A DNA stretch of 64,000 bases, from positions 32,001 through 96,000 of the forward strand of contig OZ243037.1 in the NCBI GenBank assembly GCA_965212015.1. Reading direction: 5' to 3'. Position numbers and translations under genes: made by a program. The stretch is from Cenarchaeum sp. GTDB taxonomy: Archaea > Thermoproteota > Nitrososphaeria > Nitrososphaerales > Nitrosopumilaceae. The stretch's first letter is position 1. The number at the start of each line of letters is the position of its first letter. The notes beneath the pieces were generated by a model. It had not been told where the DNA came from, made no database searches, and saw only the letters and a program-made list of their open reading frames with translations. This document shows positions 20,777 to 31,132 of this stretch, piece after piece.

Positions 20777-21148
20777 TTGGTGCAGAAATTCCGCGATGTG
20801 GGGGACAGGATTGCAAAAATCAGCCCGTACATCAGGTTCGTCGGAATAGTGGGCGGCAGCGGGGATCTCTTGTCGTATTACAGGCGCTCCAACCTCAAGC
20901 CCATGCTCAACGCAAAGGACACGCAGTACCAGTTCTCAAACATTGCAATCAGGACGGATCTAGAGTCCTTTTTTGACAAGAGCCTGGGGCCGATCGAGTT
21001 TGTATGGGAGGAGCGCAAAAAGGTGCAGATAATCTCCTTTGCCATAGGCAAGATGAGAATCTGGATATCCATCGACAAAAAGGTGATAAGAAGCGAGGTG
21101 CTGCGGATTATTGATGCGTGTCTTTTGATAGTGCGGAACTATTCATAG
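20777..21148 (+). CDS. Thaumarchaeal hypothetical protein (roadblock/profilin-like, DUF6659-like)
   Basis: IRFVGIV...G...FDKSLGPIEF...ERKKVQIISF pattern. Confidence 0.65.
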   Translation: MVQKFRDVGDRIAKISPYIRFVGIVGGSGDLLSYYRRSNLKPMLNAKDTQYQFSNIAIRTDLESFFDKSLGPIEFVWEERKKVQIISFAIGKMRIWISIDKKVIRSEVLRIIDACLLIVRNYS

Positions 21149-22065
21149 AGCCAGCATTTGGCGTATCCGGAATCTGTCCTGACTGCCGGCGGGTCGCGCC
21201 TGCATTTTTCCATCGCCTCCGGACACCTGTCCAAAAAGCCGCACCCCGTTGCGCGGCGCGCCAGACTCGGCGGGCTGCCCCTGATGTATCTTGGCTTTTT
21301 GCCGCCAATGGTCGGTATGGACTCTAGCAGCGCCTGCGTATACGGGTGCCGGGGATTGTTGTATATCTCAGAGGCCGCCCCAAACTCCACCATCTGCCCG
21401 CCGTACATTATTCCAATCTTGTCGGCAATCTCTGAGAGTATGGCAAGATCATGCGTGATCAGGACAAAGGACATTCCCTCCTTTTTTAGCCTTTTGAGCA
21501 GGTTTATGATCTGGGCCTGGATTAGGACGTCTAGCGCGGTAGTCGGCTCGTCTGCAATGACTAGCGCCGGCTTTAGCAGCAGCGCCATGGCAATTACCGC
21601 CCTCTGCTTCATCCCGCCGCTGAGCTCGTGGGGGAACTTTGAGTGTATGTCTTTGTCCAGTCCGACTGCTGCCAGCCCGCCGGCGATGTGTTTTTTATAG
21701 TCGCCCCCAAAGCCGTGCCGGCTTAGAATCTCTGCGAACTGCTCGCCTATGGTGAACACGGGATCCAGGGAGCTCATGGCGCCCTGAAAGATCATCGAGA
21801 CTTTGCTCCACCGCACGCCCTCGTCGTACGACTTTTCATCCATCCCGAGTATCGACTCGCCGTCCAGCATAATAGTCCCCGAGACCCTTCCCTGTACCAT
21901 GCGCATAATCGACAGGCCAAGCGTGCTCTTGCCGCACGCGCTCTCGCCGGCAATGCCCAGCGACTCGCCTTTTTTGAGTGAAAACTCTACTCCCTGCAGG
22001 GCGTGAATCTCTTCGCCGGCAGAGTCATACACGGCATCAAGATTCCTCACGTCCAAAAACCCCAT
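21139..22065 (-). CDS. Oligopeptide/dipeptide ABC transporter ATP-binding protein
   Basis: GESACGKST, FPHELSGGMKQR, IADEPTTALDV, PRHPYTQALL, C-terminal Cys motif. Confidence 0.93.
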   Translation of the reverse strand: MGFLDVRNLDAVYDSAGEEIHALQGVEFSLKKGESLGIAGESACGKSTLGLSIMRMVQGRVSGTIMLDGESILGMDEKSYDEGVRWSKVSMIFQGAMSSLDPVFTIGEQFAEILSRHGFGGDYKKHIAGGLAAVGLDKDIHSKFPHELSGGMKQRAVIAMALLLKPALVIADEPTTALDVLIQAQIINLLKRLKKEGMSFVLITHDLAILSEIADKIGIMYGGQMVEFGAASEIYNNPRHPYTQALLESIPTIGGKKPRYIRGSPPSLARRATGCGFLDRCPEAMEKCRRDPPAVRTDSGYAKCWLYE

Positions 22066-22328
22066 GCCGTACCGTACATTGCTCCAAATTTTAGTCTTGT
22101 ATGCGGGGCGGCGTTGTCCACTAATTCCAGATTCTGACACCATACATGGTACATTATGAGGCATCAAGCCCCCGCCCGATTCTGGCCCGAAGGGCATGCT
22201 GGTAGCAGGTTCGCGCAAATACGCTCACCGCATGCCGTATTCCACACATATATGGAGCACTGACCTACAGAGTTGCACAAAACCTTGACACTGAAAACCG
22301 GCACAAGCAAAACGGGGGGAAACTAGCC

Positions 22329-23612
22329 ACGGCCTTTGGCAGGACACACGACATTGGGGATCTGGGCCCGGACATGATAGGACAAGACGCGGCCCTCGGC
22401 GGCTGGGTCGAGGACCTGCGCAGGCTGGGCAAGATGACGTTTCTTACCCTCCGGGACGCTACTGGAATAATACAGGTCGTACTAAAGGGGGATTTGAACG
22501 AAAAAGCAGGCGACATAAACAGGCAGAGCATTGTGGTGACAAGCGGGACAGTCCAGGAGACAAAGGCAAGGGACTTTGACTTTGAGCTAAAGGCAAGCGA
22601 GGTGCGGGTTTTGGCCAGGGCTGTCCACCCGCTGCCAATAGATCCCATCGGCCGCATGGAGAGCAGCATAGACAACAGGCTCAACTCGCGCGCCCTTGAC
22701 ATGCGAAACCAGAGGATTGCGTCGCTCTTCAAGCTGCGCCACCACGTGCTCTCGTCGCTCCGCGGGGGGCTGGCCGGCAGAAAGTTCATAGAGATTACGA
22801 CTCCAAAGATAATTGGCAGCGCCAGCGAGGGGGGCGCGAACCTCTTTTCGCTGGATTACTTTGGCAAGACGGCATACCTGGCCCAGAGCCCGCAGCTCTA
22901 CAAGGAGCAGATGACCATCGGACTGGAGAGGGTATACGAGATATCCAACTTTTACCGTGCCGAAAAGTCCCACACCGGAAGGCACCTCAGCGAGTTTACC
23001 TCAGTTGACATTGAGGCTGCGTTTCTGGACTATACCGATGTGATGGACATACTCGAGTCGCTAATAGTGCAGGTCTATTCCCACGTCTCCGGATGCCGGG
23101 CGGAGCTTGATGCCATGGGGCGCACACTTGAGATTCCAGACGCGCCATTTGAGCGAGTCACATACTCGCAGATAATAGACGAGCTCAATGCGGCGGGCGA
23201 AAAGATCGAGTACGGCGACGACCTGCTTGACTCGCACCTGAGGACGGTGGGGAAGGGCCGCCCCGGGTTTTACTTTCTGACTGACTGGCCCATACAGCTA
23301 AAGCCGTTTTACATTATGGAAAAAAAAGGCGACGGGTCGCCGTCGCGCTCCTTTGACTTGCAGTTCGGATACCTCGAGCTGTCCTCGGGCGGAACGCGGC
23401 TGCACGATCCGCAGGAGCTAAAGTCGCGCCTAAAGGGGCAGGGCCTTGATCCGGCGCAGTTTCAGGACCACCTGCGGGCATTTGAGTGGGGAATGCCGCC
23501 GCACTCGGGATGGGGCATGGGACTCGACAGGCTGATGAGCGTCATTGCCGGAGTCGGCAATGTCAGGGAGACTGTCCTGTATCCGCGCGATCCCGACAGG
23601 CTGTCGCCCTGA
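22329..23612 (+). CDS. aspS: Aspartyl-tRNA synthetase, archaeal type
   Basis: GGWVEDLRRLGKMTFLTLRD, YLAQSPQLYK, YRAE, GMPPHSGWGMGLDR. Conserved RTH lies upstream of ATG 22374, so the start may be ACG 22329. Confidence 0.93.
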   Translation, partial: TAFGRTHDIGDLGPDMIGQDAALGGWVEDLRRLGKMTFLTLRDATGIIQVVLKGDLNEKAGDINRQSIVVTSGTVQETKARDFDFELKASEVRVLARAVHPLPIDPIGRMESSIDNRLNSRALDMRNQRIASLFKLRHHVLSSLRGGLAGRKFIEITTPKIIGSASEGGANLFSLDYFGKTAYLAQSPQLYKEQMTIGLERVYEISNFYRAEKSHTGRHLSEFTSVDIEAAFLDYTDVMDILESLIVQVYSHVSGCRAELDAMGRTLEIPDAPFERVTYSQIIDELNAAGEKIEYGDDLLDSHLRTVGKGRPGFYFLTDWPIQLKPFYIMEKKGDGSPSRSFDLQFGYLELSSGGTRLHDPQELKSRLKGQGLDPAQFQDHLRAFEWGMPPHSGWGMGLDRLMSVIAGVGNVRETVLYPRDPDRLSP

Positions 23613-23619
23613 GCATGCG

Positions 23620-24633
23620 CTACAGCCTTGAGACTAGCTCGTCTGTAAACTCTGTGGTGGTCCTATCCCCGCCGATGTCCTTTGTCCTGATTCCGTCACT
23701 TACCGCCCCGTATACGGCCTTGCCGATGGCGGAGCCTGCCTGCCGGCACTGCTCGTCGTTATTTTTCTGTGCGAGCCATTCTAGCATCATGCCTGCCGAG
23801 AGGACAAACGACGACGGGTTTGCAATCTGCCTTCCTGCAATGTCAAACGCCGCGCCGTGCACCGGCTCAAAGAGCGCAAAGTCATCGCCCACGTTGGCTG
23901 CCGGCGCCATGCCGAGGCCGCCGGCCACCTGCGATGACTCGTCAGATAGAATGTCCCCGAACAGATTCGTAGTCACTATAACGTCAAAGGACTGCGGCTG
24001 CCTTATCAGGTTCATGGCGCACGCATCGACGTACATCTGCTCCAGGCTGACTGCGGGAAACTCTCTTGAGACCCTGGCGCACGCATCTGCAAAGAGCCCG
24101 TCGGTGAGCCGCATTACGTTGGACTTGTGCACGCACGTGACTTTGTTCTTGCCGCCCCTTTCTGCGGCAATCTCAAATGCGCGCCTTGCAATCCTCTCTG
24201 AGGCCCTTTTGGATATTATCCGCAGTGCGACTGCCGAGTCGCCTGCGGTAAACTCTTTTCCAGAATAGAGGTCTTCTGTGTTCTCGCGGACGATTACCAT
24301 GTCAATGTCATCACGCAGCGCAGGCATGTGGGGGTATGATTTTGCGGGGCGTATGTTTGCATAAAGATCAAGTGTCCTTCTCAGCACCACGATTACGTCT
24401 GCGGCAGACTCGCCCACCGGCGCCTTGAGGCACGCATCGGAATTTTTTATGGCCTTTAGCGTCTCGTCGGGCAGCGCCGCTCCCGTATCGCGCAGCGCCG
24501 CATCGCCTGCGGCAAGCTCCCTGAGTGACAGCTTTACGCCGCACCTGTCGCCTGCCGCCTCTAGCACCGCGCTTGCCGATTCAGAGATCTCCGGGCCTAT
24601 TCCGTCGCCGGTGATTAGCGCGATATCGTACAT
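23620..24633 (-). CDS. leuB: 3-isopropylmalate dehydrogenase family protein
   Basis: GDGIGPEI, LDLYANIRP, RENTEDLY, HKSNV, NLFGDILSD, EPVHGAAFDIAG. Confidence 0.88.
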   Translation of the reverse strand: MYDIALITGDGIGPEISESASAVLEAAGDRCGVKLSLRELAAGDAALRDTGAALPDETLKAIKNSDACLKAPVGESAADVIVVLRRTLDLYANIRPAKSYPHMPALRDDIDMVIVRENTEDLYSGKEFTAGDSAVALRIISKRASERIARRAFEIAAERGGKNKVTCVHKSNVMRLTDGLFADACARVSREFPAVSLEQMYVDACAMNLIRQPQSFDVIVTTNLFGDILSDESSQVAGGLGMAPAANVGDDFALFEPVHGAAFDIAGRQIANPSSFVLSAGMMLEWLAQKNNDEQCRQAGSAIGKAVYGAVSDGIRTKDIGGDRTTTEFTDELVSRL

Positions 24634-24732
24634 TTTGTCTCCACACTTGGCAGCCCGCCGAGGATTTTAAAGATTAGTTTTGGCGGTTCTGCGGCACAAT
24701 CCGGGGCTGGGGCGAAATCACGCGCGCCGGTA

Positions 24733-26817
24733 TTACGGCGTGGTCCTGCCACCGAGCTTGATCGAGTTAATCTCCTTCAGGCCGTCTATGGCGTTCATCT
24801 TTAGGTATTCTGCAGATGCGGTATACAGCACGTCTCCGATATAAAACGTCCTCCCCTCTGACCACGTGTACCGCCCGGGATTTTCAGTATGATCAATCCT
24901 TTTTTCAAGGCCGAATCCGTCTGTCTCGTCTAGTCCGAACACATAGAATCCGTGCCAGAAACCGCCGTCAAACTTTGCCGCACCGGGGTACCCTCCTGCC
25001 CCGGGGCCGCTGACGGGAATCGAAAGGATGTTTATTGCCTTTTCAAAAAAGAACGCCTTGTGGTTGTGTAGCGACTCTGATCCCGTGCTGCTGCGCCCTA
25101 TTACCACCTCGTCTGCCGTAATCGGGCTGCTGACATTTGCAACATTAAACAGCGCCATCTTGACTCCCAGCTGCTGAGTCCTGCCGTTTACCTCCGTTGC
25201 GTCCCTGCCGATTCCGATAACGTGATCCTCGTCATACGGGTGCAGATAGTTTGAAAACCCGGGAATCTTTAGCTCGCCTAGGACCCTCGGGGTGTCCCCT
25301 GAGAGGTCGATTACAAAGAACGGATCGATTACCTGAAACGTCACCAGATACAGCCGGTCGCCGATGAACCTGGCAGAATAAATGCTCTCGCCGGGCGCTA
25401 TCCCGTCTAGTCCGCCGACTATTCCCATCTTTTCGTCTAGCACAAAGACTGCGTTTGCACGCCCCGCATCGCCGTCTGGCGTGTAATAAGAGGTTGTAGT
25501 TGCGACCCTCAGCCGATCCCCGCTCTGATCCATCGAGAACTGGTTGAGGAGCCTTCCCGGGACTGTGCCCTTTGCGGCGTGCCTTATCTCGCCTTCGTCT
25601 ATTGATATCCTGTGAATTACGGTCTTCGTCGCGCCTGCCTGCGTCTTTCTGTCGTATTCTGCCACGCCGTCGGAGATTTTTTCAAGCAGCATCTCTTTTT
25701 GGTCCTCCGTCATGCCGTCGTATGTTTTTTGCAGCAGCCCCGAAATCCTGGACCACTGTGAGGATTCGCCTGACTCATCGGAGTGGATCTCATTGATCCT
25801 GCCCTGGAGTTGGCCTGGCAGCGACGGCACTATCCCGTCAAAGAACCTGTTGCGCGACGCCTCTTCATAAGTCCCGTATTCCGGACTTTGCCGGTATGTT
25901 AGATACACGCTGTCCTCTGAGACATACAGCGTCCCGGCATGCCCCATCAGGAACGACTTGGAGTTTATCGCGCCGCCGAATATGTCAATTGCAGTAAGCG
26001 TGTTGAACACTGAGGGCCTGTCTGCATTGTCAAAATAAAACGCCTCAGGCGCCATGATCGGCGAGCCGTTCTCCAAAATCACCGGCAATTTTGGATCCTG
26101 ATAGTTGACATAGTCGTGGGTGACGACATATGCGTAATCCCCGATCATTCGCGCATCGCTGAAATGGCCGCCAATCGAATAGTCCCTGAGGATGCGCGGA
26201 CTGTTCCTGTCTGCCACGTCGATGACCTGCACGTGTGTGACCGGCTCATAGTGATCCCTTGGAACAAAGCCGTGCCGCGGAATTACCTGGCTTTGTGTGT
26301 GGTCGTTGTAAAATATCACCAGCCTGTCGCCGTTTAGAAACATGTGGTGCGGATTGACGTCCAGGGTAATACTGTGGATTATCCTTGCAGTTTCCGCCGG
26401 ATACGCATCGATAATCGTAAGCGCATCCTCCGAGACGATATAGACGTACTTTGAGTCGTTCTTGATATAGTCAGACTCGTCAATGCCTGCAACCTGTACG
26501 TTTGTAGTGGAATATGCCTTTCCGCCTGCTATTATGTCGCCAAACACCGCAGTACCAGAAGCTGATCCGCGCAGACCCGGCGCCGACAGTACTATTTCGT
26601 GGTTCCACCGCTCAGACGTCGCTATCGCATTGAGAATCCCCCCCAGCTCCTTTTGGGACGATATGCTCTTGATGTCCTGCGTTCCCGTGAAATACCCCGA
26701 ATCCGCAGCTCCGGCACTGCCTGCCTCCCGTCCGTCAAAACCGATCAGGGACATCGCCCCGGCAGTGGCCGCAATTGAGGCCACTATCGCAATCAGGACA
26801 GTTGCGCTTGAATTCAT
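24733..26817 (-). CDS. Secreted beta-propeller domain protein (Beta_propel family)
   Basis: N-terminal TM helix; YSTTNVQVAGIDESDYIK, LNQFSMD, ESIYSARF, YLVTFQVIDPFFVIDL, LKIPGFSNYLHP. Confidence 0.9.
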   Translation of the reverse strand: MNSSATVLIAIVASIAATAGAMSLIGFDGREAGSAGAADSGYFTGTQDIKSISSQKELGGILNAIATSERWNHEIVLSAPGLRGSASGTAVFGDIIAGGKAYSTTNVQVAGIDESDYIKNDSKYVYIVSEDALTIIDAYPAETARIIHSITLDVNPHHMFLNGDRLVIFYNDHTQSQVIPRHGFVPRDHYEPVTHVQVIDVADRNSPRILRDYSIGGHFSDARMIGDYAYVVTHDYVNYQDPKLPVILENGSPIMAPEAFYFDNADRPSVFNTLTAIDIFGGAINSKSFLMGHAGTLYVSEDSVYLTYRQSPEYGTYEEASRNRFFDGIVPSLPGQLQGRINEIHSDESGESSQWSRISGLLQKTYDGMTEDQKEMLLEKISDGVAEYDRKTQAGATKTVIHRISIDEGEIRHAAKGTVPGRLLNQFSMDQSGDRLRVATTTSYYTPDGDAGRANAVFVLDEKMGIVGGLDGIAPGESIYSARFIGDRLYLVTFQVIDPFFVIDLSGDTPRVLGELKIPGFSNYLHPYDEDHVIGIGRDATEVNGRTQQLGVKMALFNVANVSSPITADEVVIGRSSTGSESLHNHKAFFFEKAINILSIPVSGPGAGGYPGAAKFDGGFWHGFYVFGLDETDGFGLEKRIDHTENPGRYTWSEGRTFYIGDVLYTASAEYLKMNAIDGLKEINSIKLGGRTTP

Positions 26818-26847
26818 CTGACGGTTTGACCCGATGTTCGTATTTAG

Positions 26848-27207
26848 TTATTTTGCAGCCGCATTGTGGTCCTGTGTCCGGCCGCCTGCGGGGCGCATTA
26901 TCTTGCGGTACGTGTGGCCGCACAGGTTGCACGTTATGCGAACCGACCTGACCTGCGACCTGCCGACTCTGATCCTCGAGCCGATGCCCGGCGCCATGAA
27001 TTTCTTGCATTTCTTGCAAAACGTCATCCTGATATCATAGGGCATGCCGATCTTGTGCCTGGTGCTGATTCTGCGGGCCGCCCGCGCCTGGCTTTGTGCT
27101 AGTTCCGGATCGGTCCTTGCGTTGGATACTGCGCAGTCAATCAGTATGCGCATCCTTTCTAGCGCAATTTTTTTTTGGGCCGGCCTCATGGTTATAGTTG
27201 CAGGCAT
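26848..27207 (-). CDS. rnp4: RNase P protein subunit Rpp21 (Rpr2)
   Basis: IALERMRIL...FCKKC...PG...RIR...ITCNLCG. Confidence 0.9.
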   Translation of the reverse strand: MPATITMRPAQKKIALERMRILIDCAVSNARTDPELAQSQARAARRISTRHKIGMPYDIRMTFCKKCKKFMAPGIGSRIRVGRSQVRSVRITCNLCGHTYRKIMRPAGGRTQDHNAAAK

Positions 27208-27274
27208 GCCCTAAAAATCTTGATCCATTTCGGTCTCGGGCATGGCGGTTCCGGAATGCACCGCCGGCCAAAAA

Positions 27275-27347
27275 TGCGGTCACCGGGATTTGAACCCGGG
27301 TAACGGGCTTGGAAGGCCAGCGTACTACCAGGCTATACTATGACCGC
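27275..27347 (-). tRNA. tRNA-Gly(TCC)
   Basis: Reverse complement GCGGTCATAGTATAGCCTGGTAGTACGCTGGCCTTCCAAGCCCG...GGGTTCAAATCCCGGTGACCGCA. Confidence 0.95.
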
Positions 27348-27436
27348 ATAAATGAGCAGACTCTGCTGCCTACATAAAAATGGTTTATTCGCACCGCGGG
27401 GATTTCATCTGATCCGCCCGGAACGCGCATCCGGCC

Positions 27437-28540
27437 CTACGGGGATCTCTTTTTTATCTGGCCGGCAAACTCGGCCCAGCTTGCCTTGGCTGTGCCGTCG
27501 ACTTTGATCATGCCGGCGCTGCAGATATAGTCGCCCAGCCTCTGGATTACAAACGTGCTGTTGCCAAGCGTGACTCTGTCCTCGATGTCTGACTCGTCAA
27601 TCATGCACGTGCCCTCCGGCCTGTCATAAAGCCTGTACCACGTCAGAAACTCCACATCCTGCGCGTTTTGATCATAATAGTCGTACAGCTCGCCGATGAA
27701 TCCTGCCTGATCCCCGTCGCCGCCGCCGATGCGCCCCGACGTGCTCCATCCCGCCTCGAGTATTGCTATCCTTTTGCCCGGCACAATCTCTGCTATGGCC
27801 TCCAGGTCCTGCCTTGCCTGCCCGGGGGTCTTGTCTATCTCGTATAACGTGTTGGTGGGCAGGTATGTAAAGGCGACAAAGTCGCCAAACGCAAGCTGCC
27901 TTATCGTGTCTGCCAAATTCTTGTTGAGCGCATTGTGGAGCTCAAAAGAGTTTCCAATCTTTACGTCCGGATGCCTCTCCTTTACCTCACCGTACACCTC
28001 GCCGAAGAGCTCCTCGTACACCGGTATGTCGCCCTGCTGGTACCTGAAATGCTCGTCTGTTCCGGCTGCAATCACCACATAGTCTATTGCGTCATACCTG
28101 GCAAGTATTGTGTCCAGCACGTCTGCCAGCGGGCCGCCTGGAATGGACTTTATGCTGGGGTTTCCAATCCAGTCGGGAAACGGCCCCAGTGTCTTGCCGT
28201 TGATCACCGACAGGTAAAGCGTGACTTTCATCCCGTACTTTTCGTTGAGCTCAACTAGCCTGTCGTACTGCCCCCAGTCGTATCTGTCGCGCTCCGGCTC
28301 GATAATGTCCCAAAACATGTACACATTGCTGCGCCCGACCCCGCTTGAGGCCGCCTTTTGGTAAATCCCGTCTAGCTCCTGCAGCGTAATTTCTGACTTT
28401 GGCGCATTGACTACCAGTCCCAGCTTTTCATTCTGTACTGTTTCCTGCGTGCCGGCAAGCAGGCCGTATGCCGCAATCATTCCGGCCGCGGCGGCAAGTG
28501 CAATAATCACAATCCTTGCGTTCACAAACCTAGCCCGCAC
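27437..28540 (-). CDS. Membrane-anchored glycoside-hydrolase-like TIM-barrel protein
   Basis: N-terminal TM; WDIIEPERDRYDW, IAILEAGWS (GH-A-like); function unproven. Confidence 0.65.
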   Translation of the reverse strand: MRARFVNARIVIIALAAAAGMIAAYGLLAGTQETVQNEKLGLVVNAPKSEITLQELDGIYQKAASSGVGRSNVYMFWDIIEPERDRYDWGQYDRLVELNEKYGMKVTLYLSVINGKTLGPFPDWIGNPSIKSIPGGPLADVLDTILARYDAIDYVVIAAGTDEHFRYQQGDIPVYEELFGEVYGEVKERHPDVKIGNSFELHNALNKNLADTIRQLAFGDFVAFTYLPTNTLYEIDKTPGQARQDLEAIAEIVPGKRIAILEAGWSTSGRIGGGDGDQAGFIGELYDYYDQNAQDVEFLTWYRLYDRPEGTCMIDESDIEDRVTLGNSTFVIQRLGDYICSAGMIKVDGTAKASWAEFAGQIKKRSP

Positions 28541-28709
28541 GCAGGACTAAAAAGTATTGGCAGCAGGCTGCCGTTCCGGTCTGCGGGATTTTGTGCCGGC
28601 GCCGTCATATACGATCCAATTCTCCCAATTTTTATGGTTTTTCCTGAAATTAAAATACAAAATAGGCGCGAAACCTACGTTTATTAATATAAGGACGCCC
28701 CTCAAACCG

Positions 28710-29165
28710 ATGTACCGGTTCGACGAGCTAGACATGCGGCTGTTATACGAGCTCATGCGGGACGGCTCGATATCTGTCCCCGTCCTCTCAAAGAGCTTGG
28801 ATGTCAATGCGTCCGTGCTGTACAGCAGGATAAAGAGGCTCGTAAAAAAGAGGCTCATCAAAAAATTCACAATAGAGATCGACGACTCGCTACTGGGAAT
28901 CGGCGTCAAGGCGTATGTTGGAATCAACCGGGATCCAAAGTTCAAGGATGCCATTCAAAGGTCGCTGATAAAGACGACGGCAGTTGCGTCCATCTCGGAG
29001 GTGACGGGAAGATTCGACCTGATGATAAGGGTTTTTGCCAAGAACCTCGAGGAGCTGCACTCTGTGGTGATTGAAAAAATCGGCAAGATAGAGGGGATTC
29101 AAAACACAGAGACGCTAGTCGAGCTGCAAAAGACGGACAAGGATCCCGTATACCTGACGCAGTAG
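28710..29165 (+). CDS. Lrp/AsnC family transcriptional regulator
   Basis: FDELDMRLLYELMRDG...SRIKRL...EVTGRFDL. Confidence 0.92.
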   Translation: MYRFDELDMRLLYELMRDGSISVPVLSKSLDVNASVLYSRIKRLVKKRLIKKFTIEIDDSLLGIGVKAYVGINRDPKFKDAIQRSLIKTTAVASISEVTGRFDLMIRVFAKNLEELHSVVIEKIGKIEGIQNTETLVELQKTDKDPVYLTQ

Positions 29166-29648
29166 CTATTGGAGCTTTTCGTCCCACTTGCCGTCGTTGA
29201 TCTCGGAGGTCATCTCCTTTGGGGTCTTTCCCTCTATCTTTATTCCAAGCGAGCCGCACGTTCCGACGATGATTTTTGCAAGCGACTTGATTGACGAGGC
29301 GTACGACGACTCTATCTTTGTGTTTGCGACTTTGAGGATGGAGTCCATCTTTATGTCCGCGACCCATTCGGTGCCAGACGTGCTGGAGCCCTTTGAAATC
29401 CCCGCCTCCTTGAGGATGAGCGACGATGCGGACGGAATTCCCACGCTGATCTCGTACTTTTTGGTCTCAGTATCCACCGTGATGGTGACGGGAACCTTCA
29501 TCCCCTCAAAGTCCTTTGTCCTCTCGTTGATGGTATTGATTACCTCCATAATGTTCACGCCAAGCGGGCCGAGTGCCGGTCCGAGCGGCGGGCCTGCGGA
29601 GGCCTTGCCACCGGTCACCAATGCAGAGATTTTCTGTGATTCGCCCAT
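29166..29648 (-). CDS. rpl11: 50S ribosomal protein L11
   Basis: GGKASAGPPLGPALGPLG. Confidence 0.97.
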   Translation of the reverse strand: MGESQKISALVTGGKASAGPPLGPALGPLGVNIMEVINTINERTKDFEGMKVPVTITVDTETKKYEISVGIPSASSLILKEAGISKGSSTSGTEWVADIKMDSILKVANTKIESSYASSIKSLAKIIVGTCGSLGIKIEGKTPKEMTSEINDGKWDEKLQ

Positions 29649-29682
29649 GATTTTTTACCATACAATGAAAATTTAACCCTTC

Positions 29683-30141
29683 CTAAGTGGTCGGGACTAT
29701 CTTGAGATAGTTCGCATCCACCGTGACTGGAAGCTGGTATGCCGCGTCTAGCAGCACGACTGTCGCCTCCTCCTTGTCGTGATCAACCCTGGTGATCGTG
29801 GCCTTCATTCCCTTAAACGGCCCGCCGGTAATCTCCACTGTCTGATCCACGGCAAGCGCAGTGACTGTCGACTTTTTTATGAGGTATCCCTCGATGTCCT
29901 TGAACTCTAGCTCGCCGCGAAGCTGGCCCCTGATGTGCCTTACCCCCTCCACTGCGTGATAGGCAGCACTGGGGTCTATTGCCTCTACCACCACGTATCC
30001 CTTTAGGTTGTCCACTAGCAGCACGGACTGGATGTTGATCTTGTTCATCTTTGCCCTGGTCTGCAGGATGTTCATTACCATCTTTTCCTGCCCCCCCGTG
30101 GTCCTGATGGCAAAAAGGTGTGATTTTATCTCCTCTGACAA
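29683..30141 (-). CDS. spt5: Transcription elongation factor Spt5
   Basis: NGN domain (RTTGGQE, KGYVVVEA) plus KOW (VEITGGPFKG). Confidence 0.95.
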   Translation of the reverse strand: MSEEIKSHLFAIRTTGGQEKMVMNILQTRAKMNKINIQSVLLVDNLKGYVVVEAIDPSAAYHAVEGVRHIRGQLRGELEFKDIEGYLIKKSTVTALAVDQTVEITGGPFKGMKATITRVDHDKEEATVVLLDAAYQLPVTVDANYLKIVPTT

Positions 30142-30142
30142 T

Positions 30143-30316
30143 TTAATTACCAAACGTAGCTACTGAGAAAACGAACTGAATTATAAACCCAATCGCCCCG
30201 ACTCCGCCGATGCCTAGCAGCACCAGCCTCAAATGCTGCATATAGTCGTCCTTGTCGGATTTTTTGGCCATTTTCATGGTGTTTACCATGTTTTTGAGGG
30301 TCTGCTTTGGATTCAA
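30143..30316 (-). CDS. secE: Protein translocase subunit SecE/Sec61gamma
   Basis: Hand translation MNPKQTLKNMVNTMKMAKKSDKDDYMQHLRLVLLGIGGVGAIGFIIQFVFSV; secE-spt5-rpl11 synteny. Confidence 0.9.
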   Translation of the reverse strand: MNPKQTLKNMVNTMKMAKKSDKDDYMQHLRLVLLGIGGVGAIGFIIQFVFSVATFGN

Positions 30317-30355
30317 TGCTGGAGATTAATATGGCGTCCTTATATCCTTTATCTC

Positions 30356-31132
30356 GTGGATCTGCTCGTTGCCTATCGGGACGACCCTGCGGGATTCAAC
30401 ATGGCAAAATTCCTCGCGCGGGACATGGAAAAAAAGGGCAATGTCTTTTGCGGCGACTATTTCGACCTGCTGATAACCGACACGCCGGTGATATCTGCCG
30501 ACTGGCTGGGGGAGAAACACCGGTATGACGGCTATGTCTTTCTCTCAAAGCACGCAGCCGAGTCCGGAACGCTTGCCCTCACCTGCCACAGCACGGGAAA
30601 CTTTTCAGACGCCCGGTTCGGGGGGAGCGCCAGGCAGGTGGCCGTCCCGCATCCGGACCTGCAAAAGCTGTACATGCAAAGGCTCTGGAAGAACAGGGGC
30701 GATTTTGCCGGCTTTGAAATCACGATAGAGGCCACGCATCATGGTCCCACGTCGCTCTCAAGGCCGGTTATCTTTGTAGAGATTGGAACGGGGCCAGAGC
30801 AGTGGGAGAATATTACACTGTGCGAGTCAGTGGCCGCCCTGGTCCTTGAGACCATGAAGGAGAGGACAGAGACGCACCCGTTTGCCATATGCCTTGGCGG
30901 GACGCACTATCCGGCAAAGTTTACACAGATGCTTTTGGAGGGGGAATACGCGCTGGGAACCGTAGTGCCGAGGCGCGCGCTGGGTTTTCTTGACTGTGAT
31001 CTTTTCGGGCACATACTGCAGAGAAACTTTGGCGCAACTGCGGCGCTGGTAGACGAGGGGGGCCTCGGCCCTGAGAGACAAAGAATTTTTAAGCTATTGT
31101 CCGGCACGGATCTCGAGGTGATTTGCGTATGA
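30356..31132 (+). CDS. dtdA: D-aminoacyl-tRNA deacylase (DTD2)
   Basis: DPAG, FLSKHAA, LTCHSTGN, EATHHGPT, FVEIG, GGTHY. Confidence 0.92.
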   Translation: MDLLVAYRDDPAGFNMAKFLARDMEKKGNVFCGDYFDLLITDTPVISADWLGEKHRYDGYVFLSKHAAESGTLALTCHSTGNFSDARFGGSARQVAVPHPDLQKLYMQRLWKNRGDFAGFEITIEATHHGPTSLSRPVIFVEIGTGPEQWENITLCESVAALVLETMKERTETHPFAICLGGTHYPAKFTQMLLEGEYALGTVVPRRALGFLDCDLFGHILQRNFGATAALVDEGGLGPERQRIFKLLSGTDLEVICV

